Shown piece after piece: positions 37,740-48,049 of a DNA stretch of 64,000 nt. The stretch covers positions 1 to 64,000 of IMG/VR virus record IMGVR_UViG_3300017917_001996, one strand, 5' to 3'. Both the position numbers and the translations under genes were made by a program. The notes beneath the pieces were generated by a model, which made no database searches, was not told the DNA's origin, and saw only the letters and a list, made by a program, of their open reading frames with translations. How positions within the stretch are numbered: position 1 is the stretch's first letter; every line of letters begins with the position of its first letter.

Positions 37740-40061
37740 ATGTCTCTTATGCAACCAAATAACGAAATCGAAGAAATCATCCTCAAGGCAGGCGAAGCTG
37801 CTAGAAGATATGGCCATGAATATGTAACTCTAGAACACCTGAGCTGGGCCATTTTTCAATATTCACCATTTAACGAAATTTTAAAGAAGCTAAAATTCGA
37901 TGTCGACGGTTTGGTTAACGATATTGAAGAATACTTGGTGAACCAAGATACAATTGGTGCCAATGATCAAAATGCTCCTCGCAAAACACAAACACTAGAG
38001 CGTGTGTTTAATCGAGCCCTTACGCAAGTACTTTTTCACGGACACAATCGTATTAAGATTGTAGACTTGCTATTGAGCATCAGTTTAGAAACCAACAGCT
38101 ATGCTTCATATTTCATGATCAAATACGGCCTCGACCGTAACACCATTATTAGTCTTTATAAGAAATTCAACACCGAAGCAGATTCTAAGGCACTAAATTC
38201 CAATGGATCCAGTTCTGCCGACGACATCCTTGATGAGTTTTGCACTAATTTAAATGCTCTAGCCGAGAAAGGTGATATTGATCCAATTATCGGAAGAGAA
38301 ATAGAACTCGACGATATGACCCAAATCCTAGCTAAACGTAACAAAGCTAACGTATTGCTAGTTGGCGACCCTGGTGTTGGTAAAACAATGCTAGCAGAAG
38401 GATTAGCCAAGAATATTGTTGAAGGCAACGTTCCAGACTACCTAAAAGGATTTACTGTTTATAACTTAGATATTGGCACATTGTTGGCTGGTAGTAAATA
38501 TCGAGGCGAGTTCGAAGAAAAGTTCCAACAAGTTATCAAAGCTCTTGTTACTAAAACAAAAACAATTTTGTTTATTGACGAAGCGCACCAAATGCGTGGC
38601 GCCGGTTCTAATAGTTCCAGTAGTGTTGACTTTAGCAACATGATTAAGCCTGCACTAACTAAAGGTCGTATTAAAGTTATCGCTAGTACAACCTGGGAAG
38701 AATATACACAGAGCTTTGAAAAGGATCGAGCACTAATGCGCCGATTCCAACGTCTAGTTGTTGATGAACCTAGTCCTGCAGAAGCTAAATTAATTCTTAT
38801 GGGAATTAAGAAGCAATTCGAAAAGTTCCATGGTGCTTACATCACCGACGAAGCTATTGAAGCTGCTGTAGACTACAGTGTTAAGTATCAAACAGATAAG
38901 AAGTTGCCCGACAAGGCCATTGATCTTATTGACTCTGCGTGTGCTAAACAAAAGATTTTCTACAATAAAGATCCTGAATCGGGTTCTGAATTTATCTTGT
39001 CCAAGAGTCATATTATTGAAATTCTAAGCAAGGCAACAAAGATTCCAGTGGACCAAATTGGCGCAAGTTCTGAATCCAATAACTTAGTTAACTTAGAAGA
39101 AACTATTCAGCAAAACTTGTACGGTCAAGAATCTGCAATCAAGACAGTACTAGAGAAGATTTATGTCAGCAAGGCAGGCATGAAGCCTCTAAACAAGCCT
39201 ATTGGTAGTTTCTTGTTCTTGGGTCCAACTGGTACAGGTAAGACTGAACTAGCCAAGCTGATTGCAGAAAATTTAAACATGAAGCTACTGCGCTATGATA
39301 TGAGTGAGTACCAAGAGAAGCACAGTCTTGCTAAACTTATTGGTGCGCCTCCAGGCTATGTTGGCTATGATGACGGTAACCTAGGTGGTGGTTTGTTAAT
39401 CAGCGCAATCGAACAAAATCCTAACGCAATCATTTTGTTTGACGAAGTTGAAAAGGCACACCCAGATGTTAGTAACCTCTTGCTACAGTTTATGGACGAG
39501 GGTTTTATTACATCTAGCAATGGCAAAAAAGCCGATGCACGTAATACTATCTTAGTTATGACCAGTAACCTAGGTGCTGCCGACAGCGAACGTAACACAA
39601 TTGGTTTTGGTGAAAGTCTACAGAGGACGGGCGAAGACGATAAGGCAGTTAAAGATTTCTTTAAACCAGAATTCCGAAATCGTATTGACGCAATTTGTAA
39701 GTTCAATTACCTAGATCAAATGAGTATGCGTAAGATTGTGGCTAAGTTCATTAACGAACTCAACGAATTGTTGTCCGATCGTCGTATTAAGATTAGACTC
39801 ACAGAAGCTGCTGTAGATCATTTAATTAATAAAGGCTTCGACAAAAAGATGGGCGCACGACCGCTGGGCCGTACAATTAACGATTTAATTAAAGTGCCAA
39901 TTAGTAAGAAAATCTTATTCGAGAATATGATGAATGGAAGTATTATTACTGTTGATTATGCCAACGAATCGTTGACATTTAATATTGAGACCAGTAATAT
40001 GTTCATTACATTAGAAGGAACTTCAACAGTTGACAAAGACGGCTACATTCGATTGGAATAA
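37740..40061 (+). CDS. clpA: ClpA-like AAA+ chaperone
   Basis: Clp N-domain, GDPGVGKT, GPTGTGKTE, LIGAPPGYVG; no ClpB middle domain. Confidence 0.92.
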   Translation: MSLMQPNNEIEEIILKAGEAARRYGHEYVTLEHLSWAIFQYSPFNEILKKLKFDVDGLVNDIEEYLVNQDTIGANDQNAPRKTQTLERVFNRALTQVLFHGHNRIKIVDLLLSISLETNSYASYFMIKYGLDRNTIISLYKKFNTEADSKALNSNGSSSADDILDEFCTNLNALAEKGDIDPIIGREIELDDMTQILAKRNKANVLLVGDPGVGKTMLAEGLAKNIVEGNVPDYLKGFTVYNLDIGTLLAGSKYRGEFEEKFQQVIKALVTKTKTILFIDEAHQMRGAGSNSSSSVDFSNMIKPALTKGRIKVIASTTWEEYTQSFEKDRALMRRFQRLVVDEPSPAEAKLILMGIKKQFEKFHGAYITDEAIEAAVDYSVKYQTDKKLPDKAIDLIDSACAKQKIFYNKDPESGSEFILSKSHIIEILSKATKIPVDQIGASSESNNLVNLEETIQQNLYGQESAIKTVLEKIYVSKAGMKPLNKPIGSFLFLGPTGTGKTELAKLIAENLNMKLLRYDMSEYQEKHSLAKLIGAPPGYVGYDDGNLGGGLLISAIEQNPNAIILFDEVEKAHPDVSNLLLQFMDEGFITSSNGKKADARNTILVMTSNLGAADSERNTIGFGESLQRTGEDDKAVKDFFKPEFRNRIDAICKFNYLDQMSMRKIVAKFINELNELLSDRRIKIRLTEAAVDHLINKGFDKKMGARPLGRTINDLIKVPISKKILFENMMNGSIITVDYANESLTFNIETSNMFITLEGTSTVDKDGYIRLE

Positions 40062-40761
40062 GTTAAATCCTAAAATTAAATTTTCTTTTACTAAAAAGAA
40101 ATTCTTTAACGAGTGTTATTTTAGGCTTAACTATAATCTGCCTGGTGCTAGATTAATGACCTATTACCAGGCAGATCACGACATCTCTTTATTTGACAAG
40201 AGGGTAGAAAACCACAATAAAAATTTGTATAAGGGGCGACGACAATCTTATATAAGATTTCGTTATGCTGACATTAGACAGCTAGTACCCTTTGCTAACG
40301 TTTATCATGGTGATTACAAAACTTGTCAAGTCAGATTTAGAATTGAATCTGACATACTAAGCATCTACTCTGATTCAGAAGAGTTCTTATACAATCTAGC
40401 CAGCAAAGATTTAGCAAACTGGACTACAGATATAATATCATTTAGTTCGCCCGAAAATCAAGCATCGTTGTCGCTGCTAGATCAAGGTTTTGTAATTGTT
40501 AGCAAACCACAGACACACCCATACAAGGTCAAACTAAAGGAAACTTTTGGATTAAATGCTGAAAGAAAATTCCTGGCAACCTATTTACAAGGCCTAGGCA
40601 CAGATGTTAAAGTAACGAAATATATATTGGAGCACTTATCCCGTGAACATAAATATTTTCCTGCTGGTTATATCTATGTTAACGATGTAAGACTAGTAGA
40701 TATGTTACGTTTAGTATCACCTAATCTTGTTGGGTCAGTCCAACAGCTAGTTACTCAATAA
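40030..40761 (+). CDS. Hypothetical protein
   Basis: Long ORF in the operon. Confidence 0.65.
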   Translation: MTKTATFDWNKLNPKIKFSFTKKKFFNECYFRLNYNLPGARLMTYYQADHDISLFDKRVENHNKNLYKGRRQSYIRFRYADIRQLVPFANVYHGDYKTCQVRFRIESDILSIYSDSEEFLYNLASKDLANWTTDIISFSSPENQASLSLLDQGFVIVSKPQTHPYKVKLKETFGLNAERKFLATYLQGLGTDVKVTKYILEHLSREHKYFPAGYIYVNDVRLVDMLRLVSPNLVGSVQQLVTQ

Positions 40762-40783
40762 TTTTATTCAAAAAGAAAGCAAC

Positions 40784-41659
40784 ATGGAAAATCAAAATAA
40801 ACCCACAACAGATCTCGAATTGCCCGGTCAGACTGCAACTGAAGTTGTTTCAAAGATTACAGATTTTATGAAACAGCGTCAAACAAATACTCAGCAGAGT
40901 CAAAAACAAGGAACACCATACGATTTTAGTAAGCTGCACTTACACATCGGTATTCCATGTTATGGTGGTATGATGAGTGAACCCACTGTTACCAGTTTGT
41001 TAAAATTTGTTCTCATGGCCCAGCGTGTTGGACTTAATTGGAGTCTAGACACTATGGTTAACGAAAGTCTTATTACCCGTGGACGTAACAACCTAATGGC
41101 CAAGATGATGACTAATACTGCTGCTACACATTTTATGTTTATTGACGCAGACATTCGTTTCGAAGCAGAAAGTATTTTCCAAATGCTGGTTTACGAAAAA
41201 GACGTCATTGGTGGTTTATACCCAAAGAAAAGCATACCTACTAATTATGTTATTAATTTGCTGCCACAGACACAGATTCAAGGAGATGTGTTTACCGTAG
41301 ATACCATGGGTACAGGCTTCTTAATTTTTAAACGCAATGTTTACGAACGTCTAATTGCTGCACACCCAGAAACCAAATACGTCGACGATGTTGGCTTGGG
41401 CAAACAATATGAACCTCATATGTATGCAATTTTCGACACAGAAATTGATCACAAAGGTCACTATCTTAGCGAAGATTGGTTGTTCTGCCGCCGATGGCAA
41501 GCAATTGGTGGTACTATTTGGGCACATAGCAAAGTGTTGCTCAATCACGTCGGACATTACGAATATAAAGGTAACTTGGATCTTATGCCAGAGTTTACCA
41601 AGAAAGTACCGCAAGCGGTGCCGCAAACTGCACAGCCCGCCGAAGCTACACCAGCTTAA
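40784..41659 (+). CDS. GT-A fold glycosyltransferase-like protein
   Basis: IGIPCYGG, ESLITRGRN, FIDAD, SEDWLFCRRW. Confidence 0.75.
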   Translation: MENQNKPTTDLELPGQTATEVVSKITDFMKQRQTNTQQSQKQGTPYDFSKLHLHIGIPCYGGMMSEPTVTSLLKFVLMAQRVGLNWSLDTMVNESLITRGRNNLMAKMMTNTAATHFMFIDADIRFEAESIFQMLVYEKDVIGGLYPKKSIPTNYVINLLPQTQIQGDVFTVDTMGTGFLIFKRNVYERLIAAHPETKYVDDVGLGKQYEPHMYAIFDTEIDHKGHYLSEDWLFCRRWQAIGGTIWAHSKVLLNHVGHYEYKGNLDLMPEFTKKVPQAVPQTAQPAEATPA

Positions 41660-41675
41660 CAGTGATTTACTCAAT

Positions 41676-41703
41676 AAAAAGACTGCTCAGGCAGTCTTTT
41701 TTT
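41676..41703 (+). terminator. Intrinsic terminator
   Basis: AAAAAGACTGC-TCAG-GCAGTCTTTTTTT. Confidence 0.88.
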
Positions 41704-41709
41704 ACGAAC

Positions 41710-41738
41710 TTGTATTTGCCAAAAACAATAAATATAAT
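41710..41738 (+). promoter_or_regulatory. Sigma70-like promoter with a nested TAAATA late motif
   Basis: TTGTAT-N17-TATAAT; ATAAATA overlaps the spacer and -10. Confidence 0.6.
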
Positions 41739-41741
41739 ACT

Positions 41742-43667
41742 ATGTTTCTTAACGACTTATACGAAAACGTTGAAACCATGGACACTTTAGTGGTGTACCC
41801 TGGTAGATTCCAACCCTGGCACAGAGGACACCACGAAGTTTACAATTATTTGGTTAAAAACTTTGGACGTGATAGGGTATTCATTGCAACCAGCAACAAA
41901 GTAGAACCTCCTCGCAGTCCATTTAGTTTTGCAGAAAAAGTGCAGTTTATGCACTTTACTGGCATACCCAATGATGTAATTGTTGAGGCTAGGGATCCTT
42001 ATAAAGCAGTAGAACTAACTAGCAAATACAATCCTAAAACTACAAGATTAATTTTTGCTGTTAGCCAAAAGGACATGGACGAAGATCCACGGTTTACGTT
42101 TGGTTACAAAAAAGATGGTTCTCCAACTTACCTCCAAGATATGCCCAAGAATGCATATCAAATGCAGAGCCTAGAGTCACATGCATATATAATGGTTGTG
42201 CCCACATTTCCGTTTAAGATATTAGGGAAAGATGTTGAAGGCGCAACAGACATTCGTAGAATGTTTTCAGAAGGCGACGAGCAAACACAACAACAAATCA
42301 TTATAGATTTATTTGGTAGATACAGTCCCGATATCCATGCTTTAATGAAGAACAAGATTACATTAAATGAATCGATGCAATCCGACAAGTCGCAGGATAT
42401 GTTGATGCGAATTAAAAAGCAAATCGACCAGAATCGTGCAGCAACTGCTGCCCAACGTCAAGCAGAGTTAGCCCAATGGGAACAAGATTTTAAGCAAAAC
42501 ATGGCGTCTAGGTACAGAACAGTAAGGCAGCCCGAGTTAACACAAACTCCAACACAAATTGCTGCACCTATAGAAAAACATTCTGTATTACAGACTAGAA
42601 TGGCTAACCTTAATAAGGCTATCGAAAAAACAAATATCCTCAATGCACTAATCTCCAAGGCAGAGCAAAGAGGTTTAATGACCCCAGGATTACGTGCAGA
42701 CACAGATATTTCTTTGTACGTTAGTAATGCTGCTCAAGACAACTATGTAGGACTAAACCAAAAGTTAGATAAGTCAATTGAATTAGTTAAACAAGCGTGG
42801 AATGCTAAAAAATTAGCCTACTCTAAGCCAAAGAGCAACATGCGCGAACAGGAATTAGATGAAGGCCTTGGTGATTACTTTAATAAATTAAAATCATTTG
42901 TGCTAAAAGTCTTAGGCAAAAAAGTTAGTAAGACACCACAGGATGCAGCCGCATTCCAACGAATGATGAGCAAAATTACTGCTCCAGTTGATACTGCACA
43001 ATACGGAAGACTTTGGCAGGAATATAAATCTAATTCACAATATAATGTTCCTATTCCGAGGCCCGAAGATCTTGATAATCCTCAAGTAATGTATCTATGG
43101 TCTAACAGTATAGTCCAGTTTGTCATGAACAAGTTTCCGGACACACCAGTAGACGTACTTAAACAAACAGTAATCGGATTGTCTATGTTTGCAGTTAATG
43201 AATATAGAGCAAAATACCGTAACAACGACATCAGCGAGGAAAACGATTCCTATAGACCACCGGGCGCTAGTCGATCACAAACTGCGGCAGTAATGAACAA
43301 AATGCACCCTGCTGAAAAATTTGTTTGGAAACGACCAAACCAAATTGGAGGTAGTTTTAGCGAGCAAGAGCTATTGGCAAAAGGATTTAAAAAATCACAA
43401 TATAATAGCTGGGGCGGTACACCCACAATGTGGCGGAACCTACTAGGTGTAAAAGAAACCGTACTAAATCAACCTACACCTACACTTAGAGATTTAATTA
43501 AAAAATACCCTAATGTGCCCTTAGAAAAACTGCGCCACGAACTTCAAATAGGTGTGCGTGTAGAATATGAGCATACTAAAAATGCTCGGACTGCCACAGA
43601 AATAGCACTAGATCATTTAAATGAAAGGCCAGACTACTATACAGTCTTAGCCAAAGTAGGCCTATAA
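41742..43667 (+). CDS. Multidomain protein: HIGH-motif cytidyltransferase-like domain, further modules, and a C-terminal DUF5661-like domain
   Basis: PGRFQPWHRGH; GVRVEYEH...IALDHLNERPDYY; start moved to 41742 (after the terminator and promoter). Confidence 0.75.
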   Translation: MFLNDLYENVETMDTLVVYPGRFQPWHRGHHEVYNYLVKNFGRDRVFIATSNKVEPPRSPFSFAEKVQFMHFTGIPNDVIVEARDPYKAVELTSKYNPKTTRLIFAVSQKDMDEDPRFTFGYKKDGSPTYLQDMPKNAYQMQSLESHAYIMVVPTFPFKILGKDVEGATDIRRMFSEGDEQTQQQIIIDLFGRYSPDIHALMKNKITLNESMQSDKSQDMLMRIKKQIDQNRAATAAQRQAELAQWEQDFKQNMASRYRTVRQPELTQTPTQIAAPIEKHSVLQTRMANLNKAIEKTNILNALISKAEQRGLMTPGLRADTDISLYVSNAAQDNYVGLNQKLDKSIELVKQAWNAKKLAYSKPKSNMREQELDEGLGDYFNKLKSFVLKVLGKKVSKTPQDAAAFQRMMSKITAPVDTAQYGRLWQEYKSNSQYNVPIPRPEDLDNPQVMYLWSNSIVQFVMNKFPDTPVDVLKQTVIGLSMFAVNEYRAKYRNNDISEENDSYRPPGASRSQTAAVMNKMHPAEKFVWKRPNQIGGSFSEQELLAKGFKKSQYNSWGGTPTMWRNLLGVKETVLNQPTPTLRDLIKKYPNVPLEKLRHELQIGVRVEYEHTKNARTATEIALDHLNERPDYYTVLAKVGL

Positions 43668-43705
43668 TTTAAAATTAATAAATACTAATTATATCGGATT
43701 ACACC

Positions 43706-44110
43706 ATGAAACCAACAGATTTTATCCCAGAAAAGCACCATATTGGCCAAGCTGCTATGGATATGCATGTCGATCATGAAATACAAATGGCTAGAGAAAA
43801 CTGCTACAATGCAGCTACTAACGCCATTGAATTACATCGTATGCTTAAAAAGGTAAGCGAACAAGAGGGACTAGACGCATGGGCTAGTGAAAAACTCAGT
43901 CTAGCCAACGATTATCTGCGTACAGTAAAAGAGTGGCTAGAGTATGAAATCATGAGTAAGATGGAGACGCAAATGGCCGAAGAAACTTTTGATGCACAAG
44001 TTGTCGAATTTGCTTCAGCCGGTGCAGGTGCAGTTGGAGGTGTTGCCACAGCGCCAGGCACCGCCGGAGAACTGTTTGGTGGTAAAAAGAAAAAGGCAAA
44101 AACAAAATGA
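43706..44110 (+). CDS. Probable internal virion protein
   Basis: TAAATA upstream; MKPTDFIPE leader. Confidence 0.6.
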   Translation: MKPTDFIPEKHHIGQAAMDMHVDHEIQMARENCYNAATNAIELHRMLKKVSEQEGLDAWASEKLSLANDYLRTVKEWLEYEIMSKMETQMAEETFDAQVVEFASAGAGAVGGVATAPGTAGELFGGKKKKAKTK

Positions 44111-44544
44111 AATCTACTAGCTTTTTATACGAAGGCGCACGCCTAGTTGCACAACAAAATTTCGGAAATCGTGCTGTTAAAATCTACCGCGATGTAGAAT
44201 GGAACGAGTTTATTGTTAAATTTTTTCTAAACGGTGAACATCAAATTGAAGCCGATTATCATACTAACGAAAAAGATGATGCGCTTTCAACCGCACAAGG
44301 TTGGTTAAGAAAAGGTTCTGATGTTAGCGGTCCGGCTACTGAATCAGAGTTAGAAGAAGTTGTAATTCCTCCAACACCCGGGGGTACTGCTGCTGCACCT
44401 ACAGCCAATGCTGCACCAACATCGCAGGGTGCAGTACAATCTAAACCAATAACACCACAAGGAGTTGATGCACTGGCACAGATTATAAAGAGTGCTGGTT
44501 TAAATCCTAGTCAGTTAAACACTGTTCTTTCCAAAGCAAAATAA
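44107..44544 (+). CDS. Probable internal virion protein
   Basis: MKSTSFLYEG leader. Confidence 0.6.
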   Translation: MKSTSFLYEGARLVAQQNFGNRAVKIYRDVEWNEFIVKFFLNGEHQIEADYHTNEKDDALSTAQGWLRKGSDVSGPATESELEEVVIPPTPGGTAAAPTANAAPTSQGAVQSKPITPQGVDALAQIIKSAGLNPSQLNTVLSKAK

Positions 44545-44555
44545 TAAGGCTTACT

Positions 44556-47500
44556 ATGTTTGTATTTGATTTATTTAATAAAAAAGTTTCTGAAGCCGAG
44601 CGACGTCCTGAGCCTGAACAAGAAATCATTGATGCCACACGTCGTGCCAGACAACAACAAGAACGCGAACCAGCTGGCAGTGAAAAGATTGACGCAATGT
44701 TGGCGCAACAACATGCACAGCGCCAGGAATACGAAAGAACTGGTAATTTCTGGCTAAAGACCAAAGTTGAACAACGTCATATCCAAGGTCCTTTTGTAGG
44801 CAAGGCTGCTGCTAATACTGCGGCTTTGGAATTATTAAAACAGGCGCCAGAGCTAAAAGGAAACCTATTAATTACTGCCTACGGCCCAGGAGAACAGCAA
44901 AATGAAAATATCGACGAAGGCAGTTTAGTTGCCTTTGAAAAAGATCCTTTTGAGCGTTGGAAAAAAACTGTAGCTATGGTCAATCCTAACATAGGAAAAA
45001 ATTTGACTTTCGTTTCTAAAGAGAATGGAAGAAAAGTTGTTGCTATGGATCGTTTTTCAAGAATTGTCTACGGCGAATTTAATACTCAAACCATGAAGGG
45101 TCAAGTCTTTGATGTTACCGACGGCGACCTAGCCGAGGAAAAAGTTCGCTTAGATCCTAGCTGCTGGAAGAACAAAAAGATCGGCAATCCCAAGACCAAG
45201 ATGAAGGGCGGTGTTAGGGTTAATAATTGTGTGCCTGCAGAAAGTGTAACAGAAGGTTTTGACAATTATCTAGATAACGCTATATACGATCTAGGTATGA
45301 GCAAACCAGGTATGGATCAAGAAACTTTCCTTGACGATCTTTATTCCTACTTAGATGCTGAATATGGTAAAAATGTAGCAGATCGAGTATTCTATCGCGA
45401 AGACGAAAATGAATATGCTGAGTGGTACGACAAATATCAAAGTCTAGATGAAGGTGTAGCGGAAGGATTGGGCAAAGACCTAAAGCGTTTGGCTACAGGA
45501 AAAGATGTAAAAAGTCGTTCTGGACAGGAGATTGCTAAAGCACAGCAAGCCAGTATGACAGGTGATAACAAAACCGCACACAAGCACTTCAAGCGTTATG
45601 ACAAGTTAGACAAGTTGGCAAATAAAGAGCAAGGTGTGGCTGAAGGCTATCCTAAACATCAAGACCTAAGTGCTATACCTACAGAAAAATTGATGGCATT
45701 TCTTGAAAAACATGCAGGTGGAGGTGTCCCAACATTTGGTCAAGGGGCACAAGTTCGCCGTGTTTATGCAGAACTAAAGCGTAGACAGCAAGGTGTGGCG
45801 GAAGGTGGCTATCAAGATGATAGTAAAGAGAGTGAAGAAAATTTAAGATACGCCCGCACTCGCAATCCTGTTGCCGATGTGATTCGCAAGAAATTAAATC
45901 CTAATCAGAAACCAGAAAAAGAGCAAGGTGTGGCGGAAGGCTTGAGCAAGCGTGACCAACAGGATGTGGCTGCTATCCGTGCTGCTATTGCGAGATTAGA
46001 GGCACAACTAAATCACCCTAATGCTGATCGTGATGCTATCCTGCAAAGTATTGCCCACGAGAAGAAGCGTCTAGCATTGTACGGACAGGATGTGGTGGAA
46101 GGCTCTGATCCCTTTACAGATGGATACAATGCTTGGCAGCAGTACCTAAATGGTAAAACAAATCGTCGCCCTACAAATCCTTACCCAGCCGGACATGGTA
46201 TGGGTCAATGGGAAGCAGGAGCGGCCAAGGCTGCCGAAGGACACGACTTTGGCCAAGATGATAGTAGGTATGATGTGGCTGAAGACCAAATCAACGAATC
46301 TCCTACTATTGATTTCATCAGAGGGTTGATCTCTGAATTCAATAAACAAATGAGCGGTAGCCCATACTATCCAATGGATTATAAAAATCCCGGCATGAGA
46401 ATGTGGACTCGCGGTGATGGATCTAAATATAAAGATCCTGGATATATTTTTATTGACCGTGATTTGAAGCCAGAAGATATACCCAAGTGGCAAAAAGCAG
46501 GTGCAGTGGAAAAGTTTTGGAAGTTCTTAGAGTCCAAAGGTGCTCGTAAGATAGGTGATGTTTCTGGCGAGTTTGGCTCAGACCCACACAGTCCTGCTAT
46601 AGTATTGAACAAGTTGATTTTTGTATTCAACGGTCGTAGCATTGCCTGGGGGTCAACCAGCAGACTAAAGAACTCCAATGTGTGGCGTCAGAAACAGCAA
46701 GGTGTGGCGGAAGCAGGCGTGAAACAATTGCCTACTCAAGGTGCAGATTATAGCAAATACGATACTGACCATTTGAAAATGATGTTGCGACCAGGTATCT
46801 TACATCGCAATGAAGCAAGATTCAAATCACTAATTCGTAAAGAATTACAGAAGCGTGAACAGCAAAGTCAACAAGGTGTGGCGGAAGTCTCGGAACAAAA
46901 ATATGTCGTTACTATTGACGCCATCGACCATGGCGTATTAGGAGCAATAACGGTTACTGCTAGTAGCCCAGAAGAAGCAAAAAGAAAAGTTGTTGCTGGT
47001 GTTAAGTCATCAATGTTAAAGCGCGGATATGAATTGATGGTACGCAGTGTGAGTGTAAAACCAGTGGAAGATGTAGCGGAAGAAGACAAAAGTCAAGTAG
47101 AAAAACTAAGAATGCAAGATTATTTAGATCGTGCTGATCGTTTACACGACGAAATAATGACCCTACAACGCTCCGGAAATCTTGAGGCACTAAAGCATTT
47201 AAAACAACAATATTATGAACTAGAAGCACAAGCAAGAAAGGGATTAGTTCCAGAAGAATCTGTTACTGAAGCAGGTACCCCAGCAGATCAACCACGTATT
47301 CGTAAGTATTCTAAGATACGTGCAGATGGATCCAAAGCCGAACGATACGAAGTACTTGACTACCAAGGTCGTCGAGTTGCCGGTCAAGGATCAGAAGGCT
47401 TTGACGATCTCAAAAATGCCAAAGAGTTCTTCAGAAGAAACTACAGTCGTTTAATTAACCCAATCGACGAGGAAGTCTTAAAGACTAAAGAAAAGAAAAA

Positions 47501-47615
47501 AGAACGAGATGATCCTGCACATCCTGGTAAGAAGATGTTAGAGTCTAAGAAGCGTTATTGGTGTTCAACCGAGAAACGTTGGAAAGAGATGGAAGAAAAC
47601 AAGGAGAGCAACTGA
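44556..47615 (+). CDS. Modular polyprotein with QGVAE(G) linkers (probable processed internal head protein)
   Basis: Nine xxVxE-type linkers (mostly QGVAE) separate unrelated 45-143 aa modules. Confidence 0.8.
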   Translation: MFVFDLFNKKVSEAERRPEPEQEIIDATRRARQQQEREPAGSEKIDAMLAQQHAQRQEYERTGNFWLKTKVEQRHIQGPFVGKAAANTAALELLKQAPELKGNLLITAYGPGEQQNENIDEGSLVAFEKDPFERWKKTVAMVNPNIGKNLTFVSKENGRKVVAMDRFSRIVYGEFNTQTMKGQVFDVTDGDLAEEKVRLDPSCWKNKKIGNPKTKMKGGVRVNNCVPAESVTEGFDNYLDNAIYDLGMSKPGMDQETFLDDLYSYLDAEYGKNVADRVFYREDENEYAEWYDKYQSLDEGVAEGLGKDLKRLATGKDVKSRSGQEIAKAQQASMTGDNKTAHKHFKRYDKLDKLANKEQGVAEGYPKHQDLSAIPTEKLMAFLEKHAGGGVPTFGQGAQVRRVYAELKRRQQGVAEGGYQDDSKESEENLRYARTRNPVADVIRKKLNPNQKPEKEQGVAEGLSKRDQQDVAAIRAAIARLEAQLNHPNADRDAILQSIAHEKKRLALYGQDVVEGSDPFTDGYNAWQQYLNGKTNRRPTNPYPAGHGMGQWEAGAAKAAEGHDFGQDDSRYDVAEDQINESPTIDFIRGLISEFNKQMSGSPYYPMDYKNPGMRMWTRGDGSKYKDPGYIFIDRDLKPEDIPKWQKAGAVEKFWKFLESKGARKIGDVSGEFGSDPHSPAIVLNKLIFVFNGRSIAWGSTSRLKNSNVWRQKQQGVAEAGVKQLPTQGADYSKYDTDHLKMMLRPGILHRNEARFKSLIRKELQKREQQSQQGVAEVSEQKYVVTIDAIDHGVLGAITVTASSPEEAKRKVVAGVKSSMLKRGYELMVRSVSVKPVEDVAEEDKSQVEKLRMQDYLDRADRLHDEIMTLQRSGNLEALKHLKQQYYELEAQARKGLVPEESVTEAGTPADQPRIRKYSKIRADGSKAERYEVLDYQGRRVAGQGSEGFDDLKNAKEFFRRNYSRLINPIDEEVLKTKEKKKERDDPAHPGKKMLESKKRYWCSTEKRWKEMEENKESN
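45450..47083 (+). repeat. Dispersed in-frame 16-17 bp repeat CAAGGTGTGGCGGAAG
   Basis: Exact at 45789, 45924, 46698 and 46872; variants at 45450, 45630, 46086, 46269 and 47067. Confidence 0.9.
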
Positions 47616-48049
47616 TGGAAGAATTACAAAAGGCAGCAAAGATTGCCTTTGCCAGCGAATTTAGTTTTTATTTAAAGGCACATCAGTTTCACTGGAATGT
47701 TGAAGGCATCAACTTCAAACAACTGCACGACTTGTTTGGCGGCATCTACGAAGAAGTATATGATAGCATTGACGACTTTGCTGAAAAGATTCGTAGCCTT
47801 GGTACCTACATGCCGGGCAGCTACACTCGTTTTAGTATGCTAAGTAAAATAGAAGACGAAACTAATATCCTTGACAGTCAAGGTATGTTAGCTGAGTTAG
47901 CCGGCGACAACGAAAAAATGATCAAAATTTTTAAAATGGTTTTTGACCTGAGCGAAGCTGCTGGCGAACACGGTTTTAGCGATTTCGTTGCTGGCCGCAT
48001 GGATGCACATCGCAAACATGGTTGGATGTTAAAAGCTAGTTTAAAATGA
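47615..48049 (+). CDS. dps: Dps / ferritin-like DNA protection protein
   Basis: KAHQFHWNVEG..F..LH...DDFAEKIR...KHGWML; TGATG coupling at 47615. Confidence 0.92.
   Translation: MEELQKAAKIAFASEFSFYLKAHQFHWNVEGINFKQLHDLFGGIYEEVYDSIDDFAEKIRSLGTYMPGSYTRFSMLSKIEDETNILDSQGMLAELAGDNEKMIKIFKMVFDLSEAAGEHGFSDFVAGRMDAHRKHGWMLKASLK

Noticed and set aside
41355-41741. 770-aa ORF start at 41355
   Set aside because: It overlaps the upstream gene and crosses a terminator and a promoter; ATG 41742 is the credible start
45450-47083. Repeat-spacer pattern as a CRISPR array
   Set aside because: Repeats are only 16-17 nt, spacers are 120-410 nt and all in frame within a long CDS, and no cas genes are present
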